From assembly GCA_903908245.1 (NCBI GenBank), contig CAIVRE010000008.1, positions 1,432 to 65,431 on the forward strand: a stretch of 64,000 nt of DNA. The letters run 5' to 3'. This document shows positions 24,001 through 36,000 of this stretch, piece by piece. The translations under genes were made by a program, and so were the position numbers. This DNA comes from Candidatus Omnitrophota bacterium. Its GTDB lineage: Bacteria; Omnitrophota; Gorgyraeia; Zapsychrales; Fredricksoniimonadaceae. Under the pieces are notes generated by a model, which was not told the DNA's origin, did no database searches, and was given only the letters and a program-made list of their open reading frames with translations. Position 1 is the first letter of the stretch. The number at the start of each line of letters is the position of its first letter.

Positions 24001-27000
24001 CGGAGCATCCCAGCGGTAAACATTGGCGAACCAGGTCTTGATCCCGCTGGAACGAACAGCCTCAGCCGTTGGCAGATCGGCCGTAGCAGAGGCCACCAAA
24101 ACGTTGGGGAAATTCCTGGCGATCCAGTCGGCCGCCGCGTTGCGCTCTTTCTGCCACTGCGCAAGGCTGCCGGCATAAGTCTTGTTCTCTTCTTCATTGC
24201 CCAGGACGATATAACGCAAAGCCGGATGACCGGCAACAGTGCGTAAATATTCCTGATAACTGCCGTTCTGGATATCGCGGCGCTCGATACCAACCGATAC
24301 CATCAGGCCGCGCTTAGCCGCTTCATCCAAAGTTTCCTTAGGCGTGAAAGAATAGGTGCGGATATCAGTAAAGCCGTAGGCACGGGCCAGGTCCATCATG
24401 GCCGGAGCTTTTTCCCAATGATGCTGCTTGCCGTTAAACGTCGAGAAGCACACGCCGCGGATCGGCATAACGCTATTGAGCTCGTCGCGGTTAACCCAGG
24501 TAACATCGGCCGCTATAGCCGGCGGAGCCAGCGTTTGCGGAACATTGTTCTCGATCTGCCGAGCAGGCTCATTCGGACTGGCGCGATCCGGAGCTATTAC
24601 GGCCGCCGGGGCTTGCGGTACAGCCGTCGGAGCTGTAGTAACCATCGTCGCCGCGGGCAGTACAGGCATCGGGGTATTATTAACACGCTTCGAATCCATC
24701 GGGGTCAGGAACAGCAAGGCAAGAAGGACGGCGCCAAAGATCCATTTTCTGATATGGGACATGCGGGACATGGCCGCGGAAGCACTGACCTGCGGCACAT
24801 CAACGCTATTAACCTCTGTGACCATCGTGTTAAATGTCGCGCGGGCCTTTGCCTCATTATTGCCATTGGCGTCCAAAAGACCCTGCCAGAACGCCTTGAA
24901 TTTCTTGTTCGTTGCAACAGCCGCCACCGACGCCTTCGCGATCGCTGTTTCACGCGCCGCATCAATGCCCTTCTGCATGGAAGCGGCCTGGGCGTCACTG
25001 ATCGCTTTCGCGAAAGCTTTCCTTGCGCCCGCTTCATCATTATAAGTCAGGGTCATGGCCTTCTTGAGGCCGGCATCAACCCCGCCCCAAATAACATCCG
25101 TCACCAACGAAGCAATATTGTCATCCTTGCGCGCTTGACGGATATCCGCGACTGCGATCGTTTTCAACGCGATCTCTGCCTGCTTGGCCTTACTATCTGC
25201 CTCGACCTTTTTAGCGTCTTCTTTGACTTTCTTCGCGGCCTCTTCGGCCTTCTGAGCGTCTTCCGCAGCCTTTTTCGCAGCAGCCTTGACCGGATCCGCC
25301 GCATCCCTGGCCGCGGCTTCTTTGTCCGCCGCCGCCTTCTGCGCCGCCAATTCAGCCGACGTCCTGGCGCCATTGACCTTCGCAGCCCCGGCCTGGACCT
25401 GAACAACATCAACCGCCGCCACTTTTGCCTGCGCCAGGAAGTTCGCGGTCACGGCCGGATCAACATTCTTAAAGCCCTTCACCGCCGCTGCCATATCAAC
25501 CGCAGCCAAACTCGCATTTACACCGAACACCCCGGACAGTACATGAACGAAACAACGAACACCGCCCCACAAAGACAGGAATATAAACGCCCCCAACTGC
25601 ACAAGAGCCTCGATCCCGATAAAAGACATGAACCGATCTATAACCTTGCTCCGGAAACCAGACTTACGATCGATCGCAATCGGGGCATATTCCATTTCCG
25701 TCAGCAGCCAGTCGATCGTCTCCAGTTGCTCGCGGGTCGGAGCGCCATTCAATGTTTCTTCCGCTCTCAGAAGCTGAGCGCGCAAGCCCTCAACCATATC
25801 AGCGGCACCCCTGACCAGTTCAAGCGCAGCGAGATATTTCTTCAGATATTCAATGCGATTCAACAGATCATACGCGAACGGATTATAATTGGTGCCATTG
25901 ATCGCCGCCCCCTTAAGAGCGCTCACTTCCACCGGAGCCGGGTAGACATAATCATCAGCGGAAGCATATGCCGCCTTGCCCGCCATCGGCGCATCGCGCA
26001 GGACCGTCAAGGCACGGAAGACCGACGGCAAGGAAGCACGCGTATACAGCCGGCGGGCATGCCCAGGATAAATATGGTACAGGCTCAGGACCTCAGCGAA
26101 TGGCTCATCCCCGCTCTTGCCAACCTTGGCCGCCGCATTAAGAATGCTCTTCTGCAAACGATCCTCGGCATTCCGAAGAACCGGCAGGAACCCGCTCAGC
26201 TTGTACTGCATCCGCTCGATGATATCGATCACGCCCCAGGCAAAGGCATAGCCGACATGACGGGCATTCTCAAGGCGGTCACTGATCTTATGATCCGTCC
26301 GGGCCGGATTTAAGATGAACGGCGCGCCAACGCCGGCCAGCGGCATAAGCATGGTCACGATCCAAAGGACTGCCTTGGCCGGATGGAACCCGACCGCGAT
26401 AAGCACGATCAAGGCGAAACCGGCCGCAGTCTGGATCGCCGGAGAACTGCGCATATAAACCGCCTGCCAATCCAGTTCACGCTCAATGTTCCCGCCCTTG
26501 CCACCCGTGCTGATAAAGCGCCCCAAACGGCTGGCCGCGAGTTTGCCAATGGTCTCGTTATACACAAAGATCATATGAACATAGAAAACAAACAACCTCG
26601 GGAAACCGGCAATGGTCTTGGCAATACCGCCGATATACCCGTTGGCACGGTCAAAAATGTTGTAGCAAAAGAGCCCTGAGCTGATCGCCTGCGACAAGGC
26701 CTGGGACCCGACCCACAATACCAGCGGCAACCCGGAGAAGAGGTTCCAGTCAAGGACCAGATAGAACGGCACCAACCACTTGAGGTAACGGACGATCGAC
26801 GGCTTCTTGAAATAGAACCCGAACCCGTCAAGCCAGAGGTTATTGGCCAGATACGGCCAATCCACGAACGGCGACATCATCATCTTGAGGTTGGTGCGGC
26901 CGGTCGCCGACTCAACAGAATCGTACGACCACTTGCGGATCGGATTACGGGCCGCCTGGAACTGGTTCGGCCAGCCTTTTTCGTCCTTCACATAACCGGC

Positions 27001-30000
27001 ATAACCCGTGATATAACCGAACCGGCGATAATTCATGGCCGTAAGTGCGTCCTCGGCAACGTACGAATCCGTGATCCCTTCCGACCAACGCAGCGCCGAC
27101 ACGCGCTCAAAAAGCTTGCCGTAAGCCGCAAGCCCGCCGAAGAGCGTCTTGCCCCTCATCGCGTGATAATAGAACGCATTTTCCGAAGTCGGCAGGATAC
27201 TGCCCAGAGGCCCGACATCCTGGGTGATCGTGTGTTTAACGACCGGAGTCGAGGTGGCCAGGCCGGGATTATAGAAGAACTCGTTAATATGGGCTGCAAT
27301 GAACTGGCTGTCCACCATATTGGCGCGATGGTCCGCGTCGATATTCAGGACGACCGGGCCGATCAAATACGGCAGGACACATGTTTTCTGATTCCACTTG
27401 GCGCGATGATAGATCTCCTGCTTGTCGCTGAACTTCGGCAATGATGTCCCTTCCAAAAGCAGGCCGGGGAACACACGGTCATTGCGGATCAGGCCGAACA
27501 ACATGCGCAAGCCTTCAGTCTTTGCCAAAAGCTGGACGATCTCCGCCGCCGTAAGGCCTTTGATGACCTGGCCATTGGCATCCAGTTTGGCTGTATCCGC
27601 ATAATTGGTCTCAATAAGAACATCAACAACCTGCCGCAATTTACCATTAAGAGCATTGTTCAACGCCGCCAGCGTCCCGAGGTTGCGCTCGATGACGCGG
27701 ATCTTTGTATAAGCCGCGTTCTCCTCAACACCGAACTGACGGGCATAAGACTTCGCTATTCTCAAGAGCACGTCCTGATGCGAACGGGCATTATTGTAAC
27801 CGGTCGGCAATTGACGGTTAGCCCATTCCTTGATCTCGGGCCAAACAGGCCATTTCACAAGCCCGGCCGGCATATAGCGCGGATCCTTGACCATCTTGAG
27901 GATCTCCTTGCGCTTGGCCGCATCATTGACCAAACGATCGACCATCAACAGGAACGCTTCCGTCTTGTACTTGGCCAGCATACCCAGGCGATGCGTGAAC
28001 TGCTCTGTGCCATCAACCTGCTGGGTAACCGTAAGGCCCGCATCATCGAACCAGTAATCTTCCGTTGCGCCATTGATCAGCAGCGTCATCGGGATCAGGT
28101 CATCCCAGCTCATCGGTTCCAGGCCCTTATCCTGACGATAATTCCCGTTAATATATTCGATCAAGCGAACGATGCCGATACGGTCATCATTCCTGGCTTT
28201 AACCCCGTCCACCACGACCCGGCGAGCCATCTGGGCCACCAGCGCCTCGATCTCAACACGAAGAGCCTTCAGCGCAACTGCCCTGCCAACCCCCATCGCC
28301 TCGACCAGGCTGTCCAGACGAGCCGCGATCGGAGTTCCGATCGTCGACACATCTTTAGCGAAGAAGTTATACCCGTTATTGGCGACCATCTCGCGAATAA
28401 CCTCAACAAAGAACGCCAGGCGCTCCTGGCCACGGGTCGTATACTGCGTACCGATAGCCGGAGTTTCATCGCCAAACAGAGACATCAGGCGACTTACGAC
28501 CTTCCCCGGGCTCTTCTTATTGTTCAACTCGTAGACATTGTTGACCCAGTTGTACCCGAAGCTCGCCATCCCCATGAAAAGATAATTGAACGCATAGAAA
28601 CTCAGGCGCCATGTATCAAGGAAGATGAGGGCCGGTATGACCTGCAAACCGATCTGCAACCAGACCGGCACTGCAATGATCAATGTCGGCAAGCACAGCG
28701 ACCACGGGAAGACCACGGCCGTAATAAGCGCCAGCGCCTGTGCCGCGTAGAACCACATCAGGCGGGAGCGCAGCTTCTTGATGATCGCGGCCTTCTTGGC
28801 CTCAAGCGCCTTGACCACCTGCTCGTTATCCTTGTTCTTGTCGATCGCCTTCTCCAACGCTTTAATATGAGCCTCAAAAGATCTGGTCAAACGCACCTTG
28901 ATCAGGGCACCGAAAATAAGGCCCATCAACGATGCAAATGCTCCCATGATCATGCCCCACGGCATGGCCACAAAATTGGCCACGCCCACACCCTTGACAA
29001 TAAGCCCGGCCGCCGGGAACGCCAGCCAGATGAACAGGGCGCTGACCGTGCCGATCAACGTATAATGATAAACACGGCGCATCAGGTCGCGGGCCGTCTG
29101 GTTATACGCCCCGCCCTGGGAGAAGATGGCCCGGCGCCAGGACCGGCTACTCACAATGGTCCACAGCGCGATCGCATTGATCTTCCACATGGCCAGGCGT
29201 GTCTTGACCACCGGCATGCCGATCTCCTGATCGACCGCGTTGACGAACGCCAGCATGACCGGCTTGAACTCGCGCAAGAAATCCTTGATCGCTTCCTCAC
29301 GCTGGGCTTCAGGGACCGCCAGAAGGCCCTGCATCTGATCCAGCATCGCTTCCATGGTCTGGCGCAGCGGCGCAACTTTGGCCAATGTTTCGGCAGATAA
29401 AGTCCAGCCGGGCGTCTTGATGGTCGGATCCTTCTGGCCCAGGAGATAACGGAACGCATCGTTATAGATCTCTTCGGCAATGATCTCATGGAAGTTCACA
29501 ACTTTGCCCTTGGGATCGCGATTCAATTCCAGACGCTCCTGTGTCTCATTGTTGAGCAACACATGGAACACCTGCTTGAATATCTTGACCTTGTCCAGGA
29601 AGTTCGTGCCGGCAAAGGAGCCGTTGACCGTAAGCGCCGGATAAGCATATTTGGCCCAGAGATAATCCTCGGCGCGGCCCTGGCCGGCCAGCCCGAAGAG
29701 GGCGCGCTGGAAGATGACCTGCATCACAAAAAGTTTCTCGACCGAGACCAGGGCGTTACGGACCTGGCGTTCCATATCGGGCATCTTATGCAGGTCGTCC
29801 CAGGCGTAAACAACCATACCGCTTGTGACATCAAACGTATTAAAGCTGAAAAGCTCCGGCAGCTTGCGGGCATTAAAGATATTGGCGAAGAACGTCTGTT
29901 TGAGCGCCTGGATCTGGTCAGGGAACGCTTTATCGAACCCGGTATCCGTAATGACCTTGTCCGCCGCCGCCTCAACCCTGGCCTCAAAATCCTTATGCTT

Positions 30001-33000
30001 GACCATCTCGGCATACAACCGGACAAGAATGGCCTGCGCGGCACGGCGTTTGTCGAAAGTATTCACCAGGCTCTTCACATAACCGGAATTGAGCACCGCG
30101 CTGATCTTGTTCATGCTCATCAATGCCTGAAGCATCGACTCAAACGCATTCGCCGCATTCTGCTCGGAAGCCTCCACGCCGTACAGCGCCTTAAGCTCCG
30201 CCATGAACGCCGCGATATCCCCGGCCGCGGCAAGTCGGGCAAGATCCGCGCCATCAAAGGCATTACGGGCGATCGTATAGCGGAAATACTTCACGTTGCT
30301 CATCGCCGTGTTAAAACGCGCCCTGGTCATCCAGCGGCGGAAAAGATGGCCGGAAAGAATATTGAGCTGCTGCAGCCTGGCTCCGATACGAGCCTTAAGG
30401 TCCGCCTCATTCCTGTAAGCCCCTTTAAGCTGACGCTCCCGCACGATAAGCTGCGCCTGCGACAGGGTGAAGCCCATCGATTCGAACGTCTGGACGCCAT
30501 CCCCGTTCACATCGGTCCTGGAACGGTTGCGCAACTGATAGAACCGGTGGCCGGCGAACGGCAGGAAGAACCCGATCGTAAGCAGAAGAGCGATCATCCC
30601 GCCGACAAACCAGCGGGCCCCGATACCGGCCTGCTCGAGCGCGCTCATCCAGGTCGAACCTTCCTTGCCTTCATACGCCCCGACCGCCGGGTTCTCGGCG
30701 TTGATCTTGACCTCCTGGCCGTACTGCTCGACATTCGCGATAACATTGTTGTATTCACGGTCCACGACCTTCTGGCCGATCCACCCGAACGGGCCATTGC
30801 GGAACACATCTTCCATATCAAAGATCGATGAATACGGCGTCGTATTATGGCTGAAGCGCTCCGCGGTCCAGACGCGGCGGCCATTCTTGAGCAGCATCTG
30901 ATGGTCCTTGTTGACCCAATTGGCCGCGACCTCATAACCGCTATCCGTCGCCAGCTTTTCCGTGACCAGCTGCCAGACATTCCCCTGCTCGTCGGCCCAA
31001 ACCTTGTTGACCATGCCGCGATAGGCATATTCCTTGCCATCGACCATCCGGTTAACAAAGACCGGATAACCGTTCATGTAATAAACGCGCAGGGTCATGG
31101 CGCTGTATTCGCGATGTTCGTAATACAGCCCCGTCGTGAGGTTAAAACGCGTATCGACATTGCGGACCTTCTCGATCCCCTCACGGCTGCCCGTGTAGGT
31201 GACCATCGACGTGACCGGATCGAAATCCGTATAGGTGGTCTCGCGCAGGACATTACTGCTGCCCGCGACGGTAATAATGCCGGGAGCGATAACGATCTGG
31301 CCGCGGGACAAGTCGCCCATCCCTTTGCCCCAGAGCTTGTTGATGCTAACCTCACCGCTCATGCTCACGCGGGCGATATCACGGGTCAGCGGATCATTGG
31401 GGACCTGATAACGGCTGGCATAGGCCGCGGCTTCCGTATAGGTGCCGTTACGCCAGATCAACGGGATCTCACGCAGCTGCTGGATCCTGCTGTCCGCTGT
31501 CAGCCCGACCACCGCAAACTCGGCGACCTGGCCGTCCACGACTTCAGATAATGCCTTATAACCGTTCGAGTGCAGCCGATAGAGGCGGCCGAATGCCAGG
31601 TCCGTGTTCCCGGGCATCTGGATCATGTAACCATCGGTCGGCTTATCCGCGCTCCAGGCGGCGTTAAGGATCACATCCTGATTACTGCCCGGACGGAGCA
31701 CCGCGACAATAACACGGGCATTCACATCACCATGGATACGATAATTCACGGAGATCTGGCCATAACGGGTCTCAACGGCTTTATCGACAACGATCTTGTC
31801 CAGCGGCCTGCCGGCCAGCCCGAGCTCGCTGAGGATCGCCCTGTAACCCGTCTCAAAACCATTCTCGACAACAGTCCCGTCATCGCGCGTGACCATGTGG
31901 TCCTTGTTCACATAGCCGAGAATATTATCGCCGGCTGTCCCCCGGACCATATCCAAAACAGCCTTCAGGTTGGTCGTTTCAGTCGCAACACCGAGGACCT
32001 TCTCTCCGACAACAAAACTATTGCCCTTCAGTTCCGCGAGATAGGTGGCTCCAACATTCGCATTCGCGACATCCCTGATATAAACGCTATAACCATCGCC
32101 AGGCACACGTTCGATCTTGCCGATCTCCTCGTTCGTATTGCGGTCGACAATAAAGAACTTGTTGTTCGTGGCCGGATCAAGATCATCCTCTTCCGCGATG
32201 ACCACGTCATGGATATTGGCACCCACGATGGTATATTGCGTGCGGATCGCCTGGCCGATCACCGTTCCGAAATCGATCTGATAACCCGGATTAAGCTTGT
32301 AAATATTCCGTAACGGGGCTTCTTTATAACCAACAATGACCTTGCCGTCGACCGGAACGCCATTGGCAAGAACGGTCGGATAAACCTCAACATATTCCTT
32401 GCCCTGCTCCGCTTTATTCTCCGCGCTCTTGATAACGCCCATGACCCGGTCCAGGATGCCGTGCACGCGGCGTTCATAAAGCTGGACCGTACGGCCCTGC
32501 AGGACAGGATCCTCGATCAGCGCCCCGATCTTTTTCGTGTCCGCGGCATACGAACCGTCCAGCAAATAAGTAACCCGCCCGGAAGCGACATCCAGCACCG
32601 TAGCTTTGGCGCGATTCTCTGGAAGGAAGATCATTTCCACCACATCATCGTCGAACGACTTTTCTTCCAGGGTCGGGTCAACCGCCCTGCGGGCGTTATA
32701 ATCCAGCGCCTCCTGCGACGTCGCGATCCGGGAAAGTTCATAATATTTCGAGCGCACAAAGTCATAGGCGCGGGCATCCTTCCTTAAAAGATCAGCGCTC
32801 ACGAAGAACGGCGCTTCAGGAACATTCACCAGGAAGAGATCCTTCATGCCTTCCCCGCTGAGGAGCCGATATTCCATCTTGCCGGTATAAACATGGACCA
32901 GGCGGAAGAACTCGACCGTATTGTTATTCTCGTCAAGCCGCTGGATGCTCTGCACCTTCCCGGCCAATTCTTCGGCATTCGCCATGATCTGCGCCTCGCG

Positions 33001-36000
33001 CATCCACTGGGCAACCCCGTTATTGCCGACAACCAGGCGATAATCCCTCACGAGCTCCGCCATAGTCGTCGCCGTAATATCGATCGGGGCCACCAGCTGG
33101 TTGGCCTTGAGCGTAACCACCATCTGCAGGAACGGACGATACACAACTCCATCAACCCTGACGAACTTTTCCTTGCCCTGCGCCTGGATGACCGCTTCGC
33201 CCTCGTCGAACTTCCCGTTGCGGTTCTCATCCTGATAATAAGGATACCCGTTATTCCAGCGGACATGCTGGAGCGCGGCGCGGCCTTCCCTGATCTTGCC
33301 CAGGAGATAAGACGAATCCTGAATTTCAAATTCCGGCTGTGCTGTCCTGGAAACGATCACCGTCTTGAACGTTCCATCCGCCAGCTCTTCAAAAACCTCA
33401 AAACCATTCTTCAGGGCTTCGATCTCGGCATTGATCCGCACCACGCGCGCCTCGATGGCCTTCACGCCAGGCTCGAAAACCTTGACCACCCCGTTCTCGA
33501 CCAGGACCATCGTATCCGCGCCGAAAACCCTGCCATTGATCGCATACAGGTTGCTCTGGCCGATCTGCTGGGCGCCCTTGGTATAACGGGCCGGCATGAA
33601 CGCCTTCACATCATCCATGCTGCCCACCACGGTGGCTTCCTTGCCGACAACGATATGCCCGAACCCGTTGATCCCGTCAATGCGCGCCTGATGCTCAAGC
33701 TTCTTGTTGGCCACATCCACCTGCCAGGCATTAAGGGTCTTGACCGACGGCTGGAAAATGCCCGCGATATCGCCGCGGAAATTCAGCTTCACGAACCCGT
33801 CCTCGGAAAGGCCCAGCACCTTCGCCTGGGCCTGGACTTTCTCTCCCGCCCAGCGGACGACCACCAGGCCATCGGTATTATCCACCGCCCTCGGCAGGCC
33901 GGTATTGTAGAAGATCACGCCGCCGCGGTTCAGCCCGCTCAGCACGATATCCTTGACCGCGTCACTGCCTTCCATGGAATACTTCATCTGGTCGATGCCC
34001 TGGCGGATCTTCTGCACCAAAGCCGCATCGGTCAGGCCGGGACGGGTACGGAACCCGTCAAACTCGCGGGCATCGTCAACCACCGTACGGGTCATGCCGC
34101 CGAACGAAGCCCAGTTATACCAGGACCGGCGGAACTCGTCGGTCACATAATCAGTGAAAATATTCCCCTTGGCCGGAGCGCGGACCGCAGGCTCGATCAC
34201 AAGGGCTGCATTGGTCCGGCCAACAGCCTGCATGGCCCGGGCACGATCAGGGCCAAGGTCCTCAACGCGCACAGCCACCGTACCCGCGGCCGGATATTCC
34301 GACCGGCTCGCCGTATAAATATCAATGATCCGCGTTGAATGCGGGACCCACTCGCCATTACTGCCTTTTTCGTAAGGACCGCTGTCATCCTTGCGGAACA
34401 CGCCCATCAGGGCGCCCGTATCCTGACGATAGACCGCGACCCAATTCCCATTGGCCACGGGCAGGCGCTCATTTAACGCGGCGCTGACGCCCGCTTCCAG
34501 GCGGTTCTCACGATTGCCTGTCTTTGTGCTGTTCCCGCCTTCATCAGGAGAATAGAAGGACGCTTCGCCCATAAACGCCCGGCCATTAGAGATCTGCGCC
34601 GCCGGGCCATTCTCCTGGCGCAGCGAATCCGTTACCATCTCGACGATCTCGCCCGAAATAGGATGACGGACAACCTGCAGGATCTGGTGGCCCTGCCTGT
34701 CGTAACCATTGATGAACGCTTTCTCTTTAAGGAGGGCATTGGTCGAAAGGCGGGCCTTCATGACCATGGTATCAAAATTATCAACATTGAACTCGCCCTG
34801 CAGGAAGCCCCTGGTAATGAAGCCCGGGGAAGCGAACACGTGGCGGGCGATCAGCTTGCCATTCTCGATCTTGCAGATGATCCCGTGGATCGTCGCGCGG
34901 CGGGCATCGCCCTGGTCGTTCTGCTTCCAGCCATTGGTCGCCTTATCCAGGGAATAGAAATGCTTGTCGCTGGTATTCGGCTGATAGATCTCCAGATAAA
35001 CCGTGTTGCTATCGCCATTGACCGCGGCAAGATGGTTATAAACGAGCTGATACGGGCCATACGCCAGCTGATCTCCCAGGTTCTCGAAATTGAAATGCTT
35101 GTTCACATCGCCGAAAAGTTTCCACAGCGGCGTAAGCTGATGGCCGGTCAGGCGGTCCATCGCGCCGGGCAGGGCACGAACAGTATCGAGCGCGCCCAGG
35201 CTCATCACCGTAGCCTCACGCGCTTTATTGTCCTGGTCATGGAACTCAACATCGGTCCAGTTCCACACCAGGGTGTTGAAGATGCCCTGGACCGGATTCT
35301 TGTCCGTATGATAAAGCTTGGTCTGGCCGCGGCCCGCATGCGTAACAGCGTAGGAATAGATCTCGGCCGCATGATCCGCCAGGATGGCCGGCCCGGCGTA
35401 AGCGCTGAATCCGGTGCCAATACCATTCTGCATCAAACCGGTAACGATCTGATAATCGGTCGCGAACCGCTTGCCCGGATGATCGATATCCAGGATCAGG
35501 GTGTTCGGGCCTGTACCATTGATGGAAACCATCGGGAAGTTATAATTCATGACATAACTAATGGCGACCGGGAAATTGGCATTGACCGTGCTGACCCCCT
35601 CCAGGGCCTTGTTCTCCCGAAGCTTCTTGTCAATATTCTCCAGGCGCTCGGCTGTCGTCTTGCGGCCATCCTTCTCCTTTTGCGCCTTTTCCAGGTTTAC
35701 CAGCGCGCCATTTTTAGGATCGTTCAGGTTCTGGTCCAGGGAAGCCGCGCGGACATCCTGCTCTTGCTTGGCCTTCTCTAATTTGGCAACTTCATCCTGG
35801 ATCGCCGCAATACCCACCTGAGCCTGTGTCAACTGCCCTTCACGGCCTCCATTCTCACCAACCGGAGCAAGATTAGCCGCAAGCATCCCGACAAGCGTGT
35901 TGGTATTCGGCCCCTTAATATCATAATTAATGCGAATACCACGAAGTGAATGATCTTGGAAGAAGCTCTCTTTAAGCTTGTAGGTTGCCCAGACATGTTC

